DNA of 64,000 nt from an uncultured Syntrophomonadaceae bacterium (GCA_964492615.1 CAZBKZ010000008.1:13865-77864); one strand, 5' to 3'. Shown: positions 8,994 through 19,510, numbered from the stretch's first letter. Notes: generated from the letters alone by a model not told the origin. A program made the numbers and translations.

Positions 8994-10118
8994 TTATGTG
9001 CCCGTTATTTCCTGATACGCCCACTCAAGCCATTGCATGGCCAGTTTCAGATCTTCTGCCTCCACCGTGGCGCCGCACCAGAAGCGCAACCCCGGAGGAG
9101 CGTCCCGGTAAGAGCCTATATCAAAAGCCGCTTTTTCGTCGGCCAGTAATTTAACCAGCTCTTTAATTCTGTCAGGTTCGAGTTCTACTGTAAGGCATAC
9201 ACTGGTGTTGGATCTGGTTTCAGGATTTGATGCTAAAAAAGAGATCCAGTTCCGGGTTGTTACAAAATCTTCAATTATCCGCAGATTATTCTCACTGCGC
9301 CGGACCAGGGCCGGCAGGCCGCCGATGCTTTCTGCCCAGCAGAGAGCATCAATATAGTCTTCATTACAAAGCATTGAAGGTGTGTTAATTGTAGATCCCT
9401 CAAAAATATCCTTAATTAAATTACCGTTTTTTGTCAGCCTGAATATTTTTGGTAAAGGTCTGGGAGGGTTAAAAGTTTCAAGCCGCTCTACTGCCCGCGG
9501 TGATAAGATTAATACGCCGTGCCCGGCTTCTCCCCCCAGTACTTTTTGCCAGGAAAAAGTGGCCACATCAAGCTTGTCCCAGGGGATATCCATGGCGAAT
9601 ACAGCTGATGTTGCATCGCAAATTGTTAACCCTCCACGGTTGATGGGGATAAAATCACCATTCGGCACTTTAACTCCGCTGGTAGTGCCGTTCCAGGTGA
9701 AAACAAGATCATGTTCAAAGTTTACCTGGCTTAAATCAGGCAGGTGGCCGTAATCAGCAGCATACAAGTTAACATTTTCAAGATTAAGCTGCCTGGTAAT
9801 GTCATCAGCCCAGGCTTTGCCAAACGATTCAAAGTAGACAACGTCCACAGGCCGGGCTCCAAGCAGGTTCCACATGGCCATCTCTAGAGCTCCTGTATCG
9901 GATGCCGGCACGATTCCAACCAGGTAGTCATCAGGCAGGTCAAGCAGCTGCCTGGTTTTTTCAATTGCTTTCTGCAGGCGGGCTTTCCCAATATTACTGC
10001 GATGTGAGCGTCCCAGTATGGAGATATCCAGCTTGTCCAGGCTGTAACCGGGACGTTTAGCGCATGGTCCGGAAGAAAAATTGGGACAGGCCGGTTTTTG
10101 CTCAGGTTTTACGTTCAT
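8994..10118 (-). CDS. serC: Phosphoserine aminotransferase (class V aminotransferase, Methanosarcina-type SerC)
   Basis: [15 protein letters not shown]-terminal motif and class V aminotransferase fold. I chose the start at 10118 (MNVKPEQ...), which follows a GGAGG RBS, rather than the longer listed ORF. Confidence 0.6.
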   Translation of the reverse strand: MNVKPEQKPACPNFSSGPCAKRPGYSLDKLDISILGRSHRSNIGKARLQKAIEKTRQLLDLPDDYLVGIVPASDTGALEMAMWNLLGARPVDVVYFESFGKAWADDITRQLNLENVNLYAADYGHLPDLSQVNFEHDLVFTWNGTTSGVKVPNGDFIPINRGGLTICDATSAVFAMDIPWDKLDVATFSWQKVLGGEAGHGVLILSPRAVERLETFNPPRPLPKIFRLTKNGNLIKDIFEGSTINTPSMLCNEDYIDALCWAESIGGLPALVRRSENNLRIIEDFVTTRNWISFLASNPETRSNTSVCLTVELEPDRIKELVKLLADEKAAFDIGSYRDAPPGLRFWCGATVEAEDLKLAMQWLEWAYQEITGT

Positions 10119-10422
10119 TATTTTGTCCTCCAGCTTCGTTAACATTGTGCAGATAATATATATCAACAATTGGCGCCTGTAAATAAATGCGAGTATCCAT
10201 GTTACAAAAAGCACAAGCGAATAATTTTTATTTTACCTTATTGTCATGCTGCTGTAAACGTGAAACCGGTTTTGCACTAAAAATTTTTGTTCTCTTAATG
10301 TGATCTGTTATAATAAGAATGTAGTAATGAAAAAAGATATCAATTAGAATAACAACTGCAGCTTATTATTTATAATGCGTTATCTAATAATGAATAATAT
10401 TTTCATTAAGGAGGGGTGTTCC

Positions 10423-11361
10423 GTGCGTCGTTTTGTTATATTTATTCTGGCCCTGCTCATGGTTACTGTTGTAAGTGCCTGTTACAGTAGTGATTTTAAG
10501 CATGCTGATCCGGGGAAAACAAGAGCTGTTACCACAATTTATCCTCTTCATAACATGATCAACGAGCTGGGTGGTGAGCTGATTAGCGCTGATTATCTGC
10601 TGCCTCCCGGTGCAAGTCCTCATACTTTTGAGCCGACGGCAGAACAGGCCAGATTAATCAGTGGCGCCGAGCTTTTTGTTTATATTGGTGCGGAGCTGGA
10701 TCAGTGGGCGGTTAAGATGGCCGATGGCTCAGATCCAGGACAGAAAGTTCTTGACCTGTCGCTTGAGGTACCTCTTATAACCCGCGAAACTAAGGAGAAT
10801 GACCAGGATTCCTGTGAAGAGCACGGCCATGACCACGGACCTGCCGATCCTCACTACTGGCTTGATCCGGTTTTGGTCAGGGATTATCTTGCCCCGGCTA
10901 TAACAGATGCTCTAGTCTCACTATCACCTGCTGATGAACAGTATTTTCTTGAACAACTTGAACGGTACCGGGAAGAGCTGAATAAACTTGACCGGGAAAT
11001 AAAAGCAGAGCTTGCAGCATATTCAGTAAAGAAATTCATAACATTCCATTCAGCCTGGCACTATTTTGCCCTTCGCTATAACCTGGAAGAAGTTGCTGTA
11101 ATTGCCAATTTCCCCGGTCAGGAACCCTCGGCCGGCTGGATGGCTGAGTTGGTTAAACTGGTTGATGAAAAGAAGATTAAGGTGATATTTGCCGAGCCCC
11201 AGTTTTCTTCTGCACTGGCTGAACAAATAGCAGCAGAAAGCGGTATTGAAGTATTGCTGCTCGATCCAATTGGGGGAGAAGGCCTTGGAGGCAGGGAAAC
11301 CTATCTTGATTTGATGCGTTACAATCTCGAGCTATTCAAGAAGGGATTTTCAGAAGAATAA
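10423..11361 (+). CDS. znuA: Zinc ABC transporter substrate-binding lipoprotein (ZnuA/TroA family) with a His/Asp-rich loop
   Basis: GTG start after an AAGGAGGGG RBS. Signal peptide with lipobox VSAC. His-rich insert EEHGHDHGPADPHYW typical of ZnuA. Cluster 9 SBP fold. Confidence 0.8.
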   Translation: MRRFVIFILALLMVTVVSACYSSDFKHADPGKTRAVTTIYPLHNMINELGGELISADYLLPPGASPHTFEPTAEQARLISGAELFVYIGAELDQWAVKMADGSDPGQKVLDLSLEVPLITRETKENDQDSCEEHGHDHGPADPHYWLDPVLVRDYLAPAITDALVSLSPADEQYFLEQLERYREELNKLDREIKAELAAYSVKKFITFHSAWHYFALRYNLEEVAVIANFPGQEPSAGWMAELVKLVDEKKIKVIFAEPQFSSALAEQIAAESGIEVLLLDPIGGEGLGGRETYLDLMRYNLELFKKGFSEE

Positions 11362-11394
11362 CGAGGCTGAGGTTTATCAGGGGAGGCTGCCGGT

Positions 11395-12162
11395 TTGAAA
11401 ACTGTAATCGATGCCCGAAATATTACTGTGATGCTTAGTGGTAAAGAAGTTCTTAAAAAAATCAGTTTTTCCGTGCGGCAGGGGGAACTTGTTGGTATTA
11501 TCGGGCCGAACGGGGCCGGTAAAACGACTCTGCTCAGGGCTCTGTTGGGCCTGGTTCCCCTGGCAAATGGCACCCTGAAAGTAATGGGCTGCTCATATCC
11601 AAATTTAAAAGCGGCAAGAGCAGGAATCGGTTATATGCCACAGAGACAATCGTTTGCAAGAAACATTCCCTTGTTGGTCAGTGATGTTGTGGCAACCGGA
11701 TTACTGTCGCATAAAACCCTGTTTAAAAGGCTTGATAAGGCCGAGAGTAAAATTATTGAGTCGCTTGATGCAGTAAGCATGAAGACTTACCTGAAAAGAT
11801 CTTTTCAGGATCTTTCAGGAGGAGAACAGCAGCGAGTTTTACTGGCCAGGGCCTTGGTTCGTCAGCCTGGTTTGCTGTTGCTTGATGAGCCGAACTCCGG
11901 ACTTGATTTTAATGCTCAAAGACAGTTTATAGAAATGCTTGATAAGCTAAAATCTAAAATGAATCTTGCAATAGCCTATGTCTCACATGATCTTGTTTCC
12001 ATTGCTGCTTCTTCTGACAGTCTGCTCTGTATAAACCGGACCATGCATATACATGGCGATCCGGCTGAAGTAATCCACAGCCCCCATTTTGAATGTGTTT
12101 ATCGCTGCCAGTTTGATTTGCTGAATAGTATTTTGCATGAAAGGGAGTGTTTGAATGAGTGA
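11395..12162 (+). CDS. znuC: Zinc ABC transporter ATP-binding protein
   Basis: Walker A GPNGAGKTT, signature LSGGEQQR, Walker B LLLDEP. TTG start with a GGGGAGG RBS. Confidence 0.8.
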   Translation: MKTVIDARNITVMLSGKEVLKKISFSVRQGELVGIIGPNGAGKTTLLRALLGLVPLANGTLKVMGCSYPNLKAARAGIGYMPQRQSFARNIPLLVSDVVATGLLSHKTLFKRLDKAESKIIESLDAVSMKTYLKRSFQDLSGGEQQRVLLARALVRQPGLLLLDEPNSGLDFNAQRQFIEMLDKLKSKMNLAIAYVSHDLVSIAASSDSLLCINRTMHIHGDPAEVIHSPHFECVYRCQFDLLNSILHERECLNE

Positions 12163-12985
12163 GATGATTTCCTATGCTTTTATGCAGAAAGCACTTCTGG
12201 CGGCAGTTCTTGTAGGTCTGCTCTGCTCTACCCTATCTTTTTTTGTCGTAATCAAAAAGCTTTCTTTTCTTGGTGCCGGTATTTCGCATACTGCTCTTGG
12301 AGGTATTGCTATCGGACTCGTCACCGGCGTTGACCCGGTTTTAACAGGATCAATATTTGCAGTCGGGACCTCAATGAGTATCGGTTATATCAGCAAAGCA
12401 GGAAAGGTAGGCGAAGATACGGTTATTGGTATTTTTTATGCAAGCGGGATGGCTCTGGGCATCACCTTGATCAGCTCGTTTAAAGGATATTATCCGGAGC
12501 TGTTTACCCTGTTGTTTGGAAATATTTTAGCGGTAACAGTCAAAGATATATTAATAATGGCGGCAGTATTGTTTACTGTCCTCCTGTTTGTAGGTATTTT
12601 TTTTAAAGAGCTGATTGCGATTTGTTTCGACGAAGAAATGGCTGAGGCTGGGGGAGTGCCTGTAAACCTGATATACATGGGACTTCTGGCGGCAATGGGT
12701 TTGACTGTGATGGTGTCTATTCAGCTGGTCGGTGTTGTTCTTGTGTCAGCGCTCATTGTTATTCCAGGTGCAATCGCCTCCCGCCTGAGCAGAAATTACC
12801 GCAGCATGCTTTTAGTATCACTGTTATTTGGTACGGGAGGAAGTTTATGCGGGCTTATTATATCCTATGTTTATCCTGTCCCTCCCGGTGCGGCTATTGT
12901 CCTAATCCTTGCACTTTTATTCGGCCTGATCATAGCTTTTAAACTTCTGTTTGATAGAAAACGCCCCATACTGATTAAGGAATAG
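12155..12985 (+). CDS. znuB: Zinc ABC transporter permease
   Basis: Multi-pass hydrophobic 276-aa protein, overlapping znuC by 8 nt; ZnuB/MntB-like. Confidence 0.8.
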   Translation: MSEMISYAFMQKALLAAVLVGLLCSTLSFFVVIKKLSFLGAGISHTALGGIAIGLVTGVDPVLTGSIFAVGTSMSIGYISKAGKVGEDTVIGIFYASGMALGITLISSFKGYYPELFTLLFGNILAVTVKDILIMAAVLFTVLLFVGIFFKELIAICFDEEMAEAGGVPVNLIYMGLLAAMGLTVMVSIQLVGVVLVSALIVIPGAIASRLSRNYRSMLLVSLLFGTGGSLCGLIISYVYPVPPGAAIVLILALLFGLIIAFKLLFDRKRPILIKE

Positions 12986-13022
12986 CACTGAATGCTCCGG
13001 ACCGATGAAAGCAGGTGTTTTA

Positions 13023-13478
13023 ATGAAAGAGAAACAACTGGCAGCGATTAAAAATATATTGAGGAAGAATGGTTATAAACTAACCTTGCCCCGTTTGGTA
13101 ATTATTCAATGTCTGCTAAGGAATAAAGACCATCTAAGCATTGCCGGTATTTATGAACGTATTTGTGACGAAAACCCCGGTATCGGTATGACAACTGTCT
13201 ACCGGACTGTTGACCTTTTGCTTGAGCTGGGTATAGTCAGAATTTTAATTTTAAAAAACAGCCAGCCACTCTTTGAGCTGAATTGGCCTAACGACCATCA
13301 CCATCACCTGGTTTGCAGACGCTGTGGAAAAGTTGTTGAGTTTGGCAGCTGTAATTTTAAACAGATTGCCGGTGAAATTGAAAAGGTTACCAACTTTACA
13401 ATTGAAGAGCATACCCTGGAGGCATACGGGTTATGCCCGAAATGCTCAGACGTCAATCATTCAACAGAAAAGATATAG
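13023..13478 (+). CDS. zur: Fur-family transcriptional regulator (Zur-like)
   Basis: Winged-helix N-terminus, HHHHLVCRRCGKV and C-terminal CPKC metal sites. It is the last gene of the znu operon. Confidence 0.75.
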   Translation: MKEKQLAAIKNILRKNGYKLTLPRLVIIQCLLRNKDHLSIAGIYERICDENPGIGMTTVYRTVDLLLELGIVRILILKNSQPLFELNWPNDHHHHLVCRRCGKVVEFGSCNFKQIAGEIEKVTNFTIEEHTLEAYGLCPKCSDVNHSTEKI

Positions 13479-15163
13479 TAATAAATTGGCTGCCCCCCAT
13501 ACTGGGGTTCTACTTCGATGTTAGGATATTCCTCAGCTATAGATTTAATCAGGGCAGCAGTTTCGCTATGTACGACATCCTGTCCACTGAAAATTGTAAC
13601 CAGGTCGTCACTTTCAGTGACAATCTGCCTGAGAAGTTCTGCAGCTACCTGTTTTAGGTCGTCGCCTGATGACATGATCTTATCGCTGTATAGACCTACA
13701 TACTGTCCTTCCCTTATCTCTTTGCCTCCGGAAAAAGTGTCTCTTGTGGCATAGGTTACCAGGCCGGTTTTGACCTCTTTGCTAGCTTTCTCCATCGCCT
13801 GAAGGTTTTCTCCGGTCGGAATGCGCGGATTGTAGGCAAGGAGGGCGGCCAGCCCTTCGGGCAGGGTTTTTGTTTTTAGTACCTCTATTTCCTTATTGGC
13901 CAGGTTTTTAACCTGTTCAGCGACCATGATGATGTTTTTATTGTTTGGCAGAATTATAGCGCCCTGCTGGGGCAGTTTTTCGACAGCTTTTAACATCTCT
14001 TCCACGTTGGGATTCATTGTTTGGCCGCCGTAAACTATTTCATCGGCCCCCAGGCTGAGAAAAATTTCCCTGAAACCCTCACCAAAAGAAACTGAAATGA
14101 TACCGACTTCACCTTTTTCATGGGGCAGAACCGATGGCAGAATAAAAACATTTTCATTGTTGGCATGGCTATTCTTTGCTCTATCTGCTTGCTGGTCGAT
14201 CATGTTTTCTATTTTTATGTCATGCAGCGAACCGTAATTCTGGCAGGTTTGCAGAACCAGGCCCGGTGCTTGGGCATGGATATGAACTTTAATGAAGCCC
14301 CGGTCTCCGACAACCAGCAGTGAATCGCCCAGCGGTTCAAGCAATCTCTTCAGGGTATCCAGATTATCCAGGTTATCACTCTCGGTTATTAAAATCAGTT
14401 CTGTGCAGTATGGGTTTTCAAGGTTAAACTTTTCACTGGTTGCAAATGCTGGAGTATCAATTGTCATGGCCCCGAAGGCCGGCTGATTATCATCTTCACC
14501 TTTGTTTGTAAGCAAATCGTTAATAGATTTTTTCAGGGCATAGAGACATCCTTCAAGGAATACAAGCAGACCAAGGCCACCGGCATCAACAACACCAGCC
14601 TCTTTAAGAGCCGGCAGCATTTCAGTAGTTTTTGCCAGGGCTGTTTTTCCGTTTTTTATAGCTTCTTCGATGCTGTCCTGCAGGTTGCTGCCTCTGCGTG
14701 AAGCTGATCTCAATCCGCGGGCCATCTCTCGCGAAACGGTCAGAATAGTTCCTTCGACCGGTTTGGATACGGCTTTATAGGCATAAACTACCCCGTATTG
14801 AAAAGCTTTGCTCAGTTCAGCTGAAGTTATTTTTTCTTTTCGCTGCAGACCGTGAGCGATTCCTTTTAAAATTTGCGAAAGAATAACTCCTGAATTGCCA
14901 CGGGCACCGAGTAGGGCCCGGGAGGCGACTATTTCAGAGAGTTCGCCTATCGATTGCCCTTCATAGGCCAGGGTACCTTCTACAGCGGCCTTAAGGGTCA
15001 TACTCATGTTCGTACCTGTGTCACCATCAGGAACCGGGAAGACGTTTAAAGAGTTTATTTTATCTTTTTGCTGTTCAAAGAATAAATTTGCGCCAAGGAT
15101 CATTTTTTTAAAATCCCCTGCACGCAAAAAAGTTCTTGCTTCTTTATCAACCGGATTATCCAA
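13457..15163 (-). CDS. yloV: DAK2-domain fusion protein YloV
   Basis: N-terminal DAK2 domain (FPVPDGDTGTNM), 568 aa, overall YloV architecture. Confidence 0.75.
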   Translation of the reverse strand: MDNPVDKEARTFLRAGDFKKMILGANLFFEQQKDKINSLNVFPVPDGDTGTNMSMTLKAAVEGTLAYEGQSIGELSEIVASRALLGARGNSGVILSQILKGIAHGLQRKEKITSAELSKAFQYGVVYAYKAVSKPVEGTILTVSREMARGLRSASRRGSNLQDSIEEAIKNGKTALAKTTEMLPALKEAGVVDAGGLGLLVFLEGCLYALKKSINDLLTNKGEDDNQPAFGAMTIDTPAFATSEKFNLENPYCTELILITESDNLDNLDTLKRLLEPLGDSLLVVGDRGFIKVHIHAQAPGLVLQTCQNYGSLHDIKIENMIDQQADRAKNSHANNENVFILPSVLPHEKGEVGIISVSFGEGFREIFLSLGADEIVYGGQTMNPNVEEMLKAVEKLPQQGAIILPNNKNIIMVAEQVKNLANKEIEVLKTKTLPEGLAALLAYNPRIPTGENLQAMEKASKEVKTGLVTYATRDTFSGGKEIREGQYVGLYSDKIMSSGDDLKQVAAELLRQIVTESDDLVTIFSGQDVVHSETAALIKSIAEEYPNIEVEPQYGGQPIYYYIFSVE

Positions 15164-15253
15164 AACTTGTCTCCTTGTTTTATGATATCAGTTTTTACTT
15201 AACTGAATAATAACACAGTTCTCATGGTAATGTCACCTTGCCGCTGCCGTTCT

Positions 15254-16204
15254 TTAAACATGATTTCTTAGCATTAATTCAGAGGGATGGGGTTCCAGGT
15301 AGGTTTGATTTTCAAGGTAATCGATACTGTACTTGCGAATATAGTGTTTCAGTATAGTTAAAGGGACAATCAGCGGAGTATAACCTGCAGCATAGCTATC
15401 GATCAATTCCAATAGCTCTGATTTTTCATCAGAAGAAATGACTTTTTTAAAATATCCCATTATATGCTGCAGCACATTTACATTCTTTTTAACCGTTGCT
15501 TTTAGTTTTAAGGCTTCAAGAAGATTGTCCTGGTAATTTTCATATAGCTCTAATGAAGCTATATTTTTACCATTTGCCACGAGTTTACCCATTACAGATA
15601 GATGTCGGGTGCTGTGAGCCATTAATTGCAGTTTATGCCGGGCATGAAAGTGAATCAAATTTTTATAGCTCGGTTCCTGCTGCATAAAAAGCTTCCAGCG
15701 GTAAAAGCAGAATATCCGTTCAATAAAATTTTCCCTTAATGGTATATCATGCAGACGTCCTTCTTCTTCGACCGGAACTGAGGGAAATGCTTTTACAAAA
15801 GCATCGGCGAATAAACCCCGGCCTGTATTCCCGGAGAAGCCCGATGAGTTGTATATTTTTATCCGATGCAAGCCTGAGCTGGGCGATTTGCTTTTAAAGA
15901 TGAAAGCAGACAGGTTTTCCTGCTCCAGTTCCCGGATTTTTCTTTTACAAAAACTATTCATTTGATCTGTATAATCTACCTTGCTTCTTATGGTTATCAG
16001 ACGTGGAGCTTCCGGATCTCCTTCGAGGTGCATCGCTTCACGGGGTACAGGCAGACCGCACTCTACCTCCGGGCAGACAGGGACAAAATCAAAATAATAA
16101 CCAAGAATATCAATTATATAACGATCCTGTTTGTGACCACCATCATAACGTACCTTGTTACCAAGCAGGCATGAGCTTACTCCAACTTTAATTTTACTGT
16201 TCAC
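15254..16204 (-). CDS. DUF523/DUF1722 fusion protein (TudS-like thiouracil desulfidase domain plus YbgA-like domain)
   Basis: N-terminal VSSCLLG..VRYDGG..VCPEVECGLPVPRE (DUF523 Cys cluster) and C-terminal DUF1722-like helical region. Confidence 0.55.
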   Translation of the reverse strand: MNSKIKVGVSSCLLGNKVRYDGGHKQDRYIIDILGYYFDFVPVCPEVECGLPVPREAMHLEGDPEAPRLITIRSKVDYTDQMNSFCKRKIRELEQENLSAFIFKSKSPSSGLHRIKIYNSSGFSGNTGRGLFADAFVKAFPSVPVEEEGRLHDIPLRENFIERIFCFYRWKLFMQQEPSYKNLIHFHARHKLQLMAHSTRHLSVMGKLVANGKNIASLELYENYQDNLLEALKLKATVKKNVNVLQHIMGYFKKVISSDEKSELLELIDSYAAGYTPLIVPLTILKHYIRKYSIDYLENQTYLEPHPSELMLRNHV

Positions 16205-16336
16205 TTATTAATTCCTCCTCCACAAGTTAGGTTCGATTAAAAGCATCTCTTTTCCTTTGCAAAATTTTCTTATCATTAAGAAGGGTTAAACTGGGGCTTT
16301 GTCGAAAAAACAGAGATACTTTGCATCCAGGGAAGG

Positions 16337-18268
16337 ATGGTGCCGGTATTCATGCTGGAGGGCAGGCGCAATTATTTTTGCAGTAGGACAATATTTTATT
16401 TCTTAATTCTCGGAATAGTATTCTTTTCACTGCCGGCAGGCTTGGTGGAAGCCCGTTCGCTTGAAATTGTGGAGGTTGATATAAGAGCAGAAATATTACC
16501 CAATGGTGATCTCAGGGTAGTTGAGAGCCGTACTGTTGATTTCAATGGCCAGTTTCAGGGTATGTATCAGGAGATTGATTTTTTTGAAATTGAACTTTAC
16601 AGTGAAATAAATGTTCGTGAAGGAGACAATTATTACACAATTGTAGACCAATTTCCCACGACAGAACCGGGGACCTATTCGATCCAGGTTTATGGTGAAG
16701 ATTATTTTACCGTAGACTGGAGTTTTTATGCCCTGGATGAAAAAAGAACTTTTACACTTGAATATATTGCCCGTGATGTTGTTGTGGTTCATAACGACGT
16801 GGCTGAGTTTAATTACAAGTTCATCGGGGATCGCTGGGGTTTCCCCAGCAGCAGCGCTTTTGTCCGCTTAACTCTTCCCAATGGAGCGGAATCAGAAGAT
16901 GTAAGAGCCTGGGGGCATGGTCCGCGTAATGGTGAAATAGACATTATCAGCCCTTCCGAGATAACCTGGTGGGTGGCGCCTCTTCCAGCCAACACTTTTT
17001 TGGAGGGGCGGGTTACTTTTCCTGTTTCACTTGTTCCGGAGTCAGGCAGGTTTAGCGGCAGGGAAGCCCTGCCTGATATTTTAAAAGAAGAACAGCGCTG
17101 GGCAGCTTCTACAAATGCTTTGCGTTATGCTCATAAGTTTCAGGGCTACATAACCATTTTGCTGTTAGCCCTGGGAGGCTGGCGGTTGCTGGTTCTCTGG
17201 CGAAAAGCGCTGAACCGCAAGAGCGCCTACCGGGGCGATTATTATCGTGAGTTGCCCGGTGATTACTCTCCGGCTGCAGCAGGGTATCTTTGGAACAAGA
17301 AAAAGATCATGCCTGATAACCTGTCAGCCCAGATTCTTAACCTTGCCCGGTTGCGGCATTTAAAAATTGAAGAGATACCGGGTGGCGATGATTTTCAGCT
17401 GGTAGAACAGCAATCAGAGCGCCCTCTTTCCTCCCTGGACACCTTGATTATGGAATTTATATTTAAAACGGTTTATAAGCATTTTGCAACTGACGAGGAT
17501 AAGGAAAACGATGAAAAGGCTGGTCAATTGAGTAAGATAGTTACTTTTAAGCAAATACAGGAATATGCTAAGAAAAGGGCAAACCAGTTTTACAGCTTTT
17601 ACAACTCCTGGTCTTCAGCAGCAAAAAAAGCCGGAGAAGAACAAAAATTTTTTGGGAAAAGTTCTGCCTTTAACTGGGGATGTCTGCCGCTTATCCTGAT
17701 GATCGTACTAGCCCTAGTTGCCATGATCTGGTGGGAGCTATATCTTCTCGGTGTTATTCTGATTATACTGCCTTTCATTTTGTTTTTTGCATCGCCAAAT
17801 ACTTACTATACTGAATACGGTGCTGATCAGCTTATGAAATGGAGGGCTTTTCGTAAATTCCTGCTCCATTTTTCATCTATGGACCGTTCAGCGGTTCCTT
17901 CACTGGTTATCTGGGAGCATTATTTGGTTTATGCCGTGGTGCTTGGAGTGGCCAAACAGGTTATTGACCAACTTGCCCTTGTTTTCCCAAAACCAGAAAT
18001 TGATCCCACATTTAACCAGACCAGCTGGTCTGGTTTTGGTGCTGCACACAGCCTGGCGGCCATACACAGTATGAGCAGGATGACCACTTCCCTGAACAGG
18101 ACAATCAGCGGGGCCAGGCGCACGGCAAGTTCAACAATAGCTGCTTCAAGGTCCAGTTCGAGTTCCAGGTCTTCAGGCGGCTTTTCATCAGGCAGCGGCT
18201 TTGGCGGCGGTGGTTTTTCAGGCGGTGGTGGTGGCGGTTTTGGCGGTGGTGGCGGCGGCTTTCGTTAA
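16337..18268 (+). CDS. DUF2207-family membrane protein with C-terminal Gly-rich tail
   Basis: Signal/TM segment, large extracytoplasmic domain, multiple TM helices, terminal SGSGFGGGGFSGGGGGGFGGGGGGFR tail typical of DUF2207. The start codon is uncertain. Confidence 0.55.
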   Translation: MVPVFMLEGRRNYFCSRTIFYFLILGIVFFSLPAGLVEARSLEIVEVDIRAEILPNGDLRVVESRTVDFNGQFQGMYQEIDFFEIELYSEINVREGDNYYTIVDQFPTTEPGTYSIQVYGEDYFTVDWSFYALDEKRTFTLEYIARDVVVVHNDVAEFNYKFIGDRWGFPSSSAFVRLTLPNGAESEDVRAWGHGPRNGEIDIISPSEITWWVAPLPANTFLEGRVTFPVSLVPESGRFSGREALPDILKEEQRWAASTNALRYAHKFQGYITILLLALGGWRLLVLWRKALNRKSAYRGDYYRELPGDYSPAAAGYLWNKKKIMPDNLSAQILNLARLRHLKIEEIPGGDDFQLVEQQSERPLSSLDTLIMEFIFKTVYKHFATDEDKENDEKAGQLSKIVTFKQIQEYAKKRANQFYSFYNSWSSAAKKAGEEQKFFGKSSAFNWGCLPLILMIVLALVAMIWWELYLLGVILIILPFILFFASPNTYYTEYGADQLMKWRAFRKFLLHFSSMDRSAVPSLVIWEHYLVYAVVLGVAKQVIDQLALVFPKPEIDPTFNQTSWSGFGAAHSLAAIHSMSRMTTSLNRTISGARRTASSTIAASRSSSSSRSSGGFSSGSGFGGGGFSGGGGGGFGGGGGGFR

Positions 18269-18333
18269 GGGGAACCAAAAATGTTGTATAATGGTCCTAG
18301 TACCTGAACTACTTAAGGGGGAGGACTTTACTG

Positions 18334-19248
18334 ATGAGAAAAACGATGAGGCTATTAATCCTTGTACTGCCGCTTATTATAGTATTAATGGTTCTACTTC
18401 CCGGGTGTCAGCCTGCCGATACTGCTATTGAACAGCAACCTGTGATCGAAGAAAGTGGTGTTCTGGCCGGAAGCGGGGAGAATGGTACGGTATTAATAAC
18501 TGTAAATGGCACTACCCTTTCATTCGGCTTGGATGAAAGTGCGATGCTGGCAGATATAAACGTGGGGGATGAAATTGTTTTTACCTACATTGAAGCTGAA
18601 GAAACGCTGCTAATACTAACAATTGAGAAGATTGTGAAGGAACCGGAACTGCTTACCTGTAGGGGTATTTATAACGGTCAGATTGACAGCCATTCAGTGG
18701 AAATTGAAATTGATGGCAAGCCGGTTGCATTTTCTATCAACGGCAACTTTAATCCTGATTTGATTGAAAGTGGTTCCATAATTGAATTTACTTATACAGA
18801 AAGTGAACACAGGCCCCTGATTATTTCTGTAGATAATGTTGAGCAGCCGGCTGAAGAAGATGATGACTTTGTGATTGGGGAAGGAATCTATGTTGGTCAG
18901 ATTGATCCCCAATCGGTTGAAATTCAAATTCAGCGGGCATTTACGCTTGCTGGAGATATTGATGTTGAAAGCATTGAAGATGGAGCCCTGGTTGCTTTTA
19001 CATATATGGAAAGTGGTCAGCAGGCGGTAATCGAATCAATCCAAAAGGTCGAGCAGCCTATCGAAGGTGATTATATGCATGGAACGCTGGTGGGCCGGAT
19101 TGATGCCAACTCGATTGAGGTTGAATATTACCAGGCTTTTACTGTTGGTGAAGTGGATCTGGATAATATCGATGATGGAGAAAGAATTGTATTCACCTAC
19201 AGAAGCGGTGAACACCGGCCTGAATTAATTTCAATTAGCATGCCTTGA
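18334..19248 (+). CDS. Secreted lipoprotein with four tandem ~55-60 aa repeats
   Basis: Signal peptide with lipobox LPGCQ. Four internal repeats sharing G(I/T)Y.GQID..SVEI.......F.......D...G..I.FTY....H.P..... Confidence 0.5.
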   Translation: MRKTMRLLILVLPLIIVLMVLLPGCQPADTAIEQQPVIEESGVLAGSGENGTVLITVNGTTLSFGLDESAMLADINVGDEIVFTYIEAEETLLILTIEKIVKEPELLTCRGIYNGQIDSHSVEIEIDGKPVAFSINGNFNPDLIESGSIIEFTYTESEHRPLIISVDNVEQPAEEDDDFVIGEGIYVGQIDPQSVEIQIQRAFTLAGDIDVESIEDGALVAFTYMESGQQAVIESIQKVEQPIEGDYMHGTLVGRIDANSIEVEYYQAFTVGEVDLDNIDDGERIVFTYRSGEHRPELISISMP

Positions 19249-19294
19249 TCTTGATTATTGCAAAAGCAAAAACATGCAGCTTTAATTGTAAGTA

Positions 19295-19340
19295 AAAGGC
19301 CATCACCTTAACCGGTTTGCCAGTGATGGCCTTTCAGTGG
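19295..19340 (+). terminator. Candidate terminator hairpin after the repeat lipoprotein gene
   Basis: aaaggccatcac...gtgatggccttt stem with a 16-nt loop, then a T-rich tail. Confidence 0.4.
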
Positions 19341-19510
19341 TTTCTTATATATTCTTGTCCCCTTGTTTTACAGGCTTTGAACATGTTAATATAGGTAAGT
19401 GTATCAGAATTATCATGTTTAATTACAGCTGAATCAGAGTAGCTGAACATGGTGATTCAGGCTGGAAGGAATATGATAAAAAAGGTTTAGTGTTTGAGAG
19501 GGGTATTTTA

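Noticed and set aside
9382-9753. 123-aa plus-strand ORF inside serC
   Set aside because: It is antisense to the conserved aminotransferase frame, Pro/Ser-rich and low-complexity.
13324-13754. Short plus-strand ORFs between zur and yloV
   Set aside because: They overlap the 3' end of yloV (minus strand) and the zur stop, and show no coding signal.
18160-18268. GGC/GGT-rich DNA repeat at the 3' end of the DUF2207 gene as a possible microsatellite or CRISPR-like repeat
   Set aside because: It encodes the Gly-rich C-terminal tail characteristic of DUF2207 proteins. It has no spacer/repeat periodicity.
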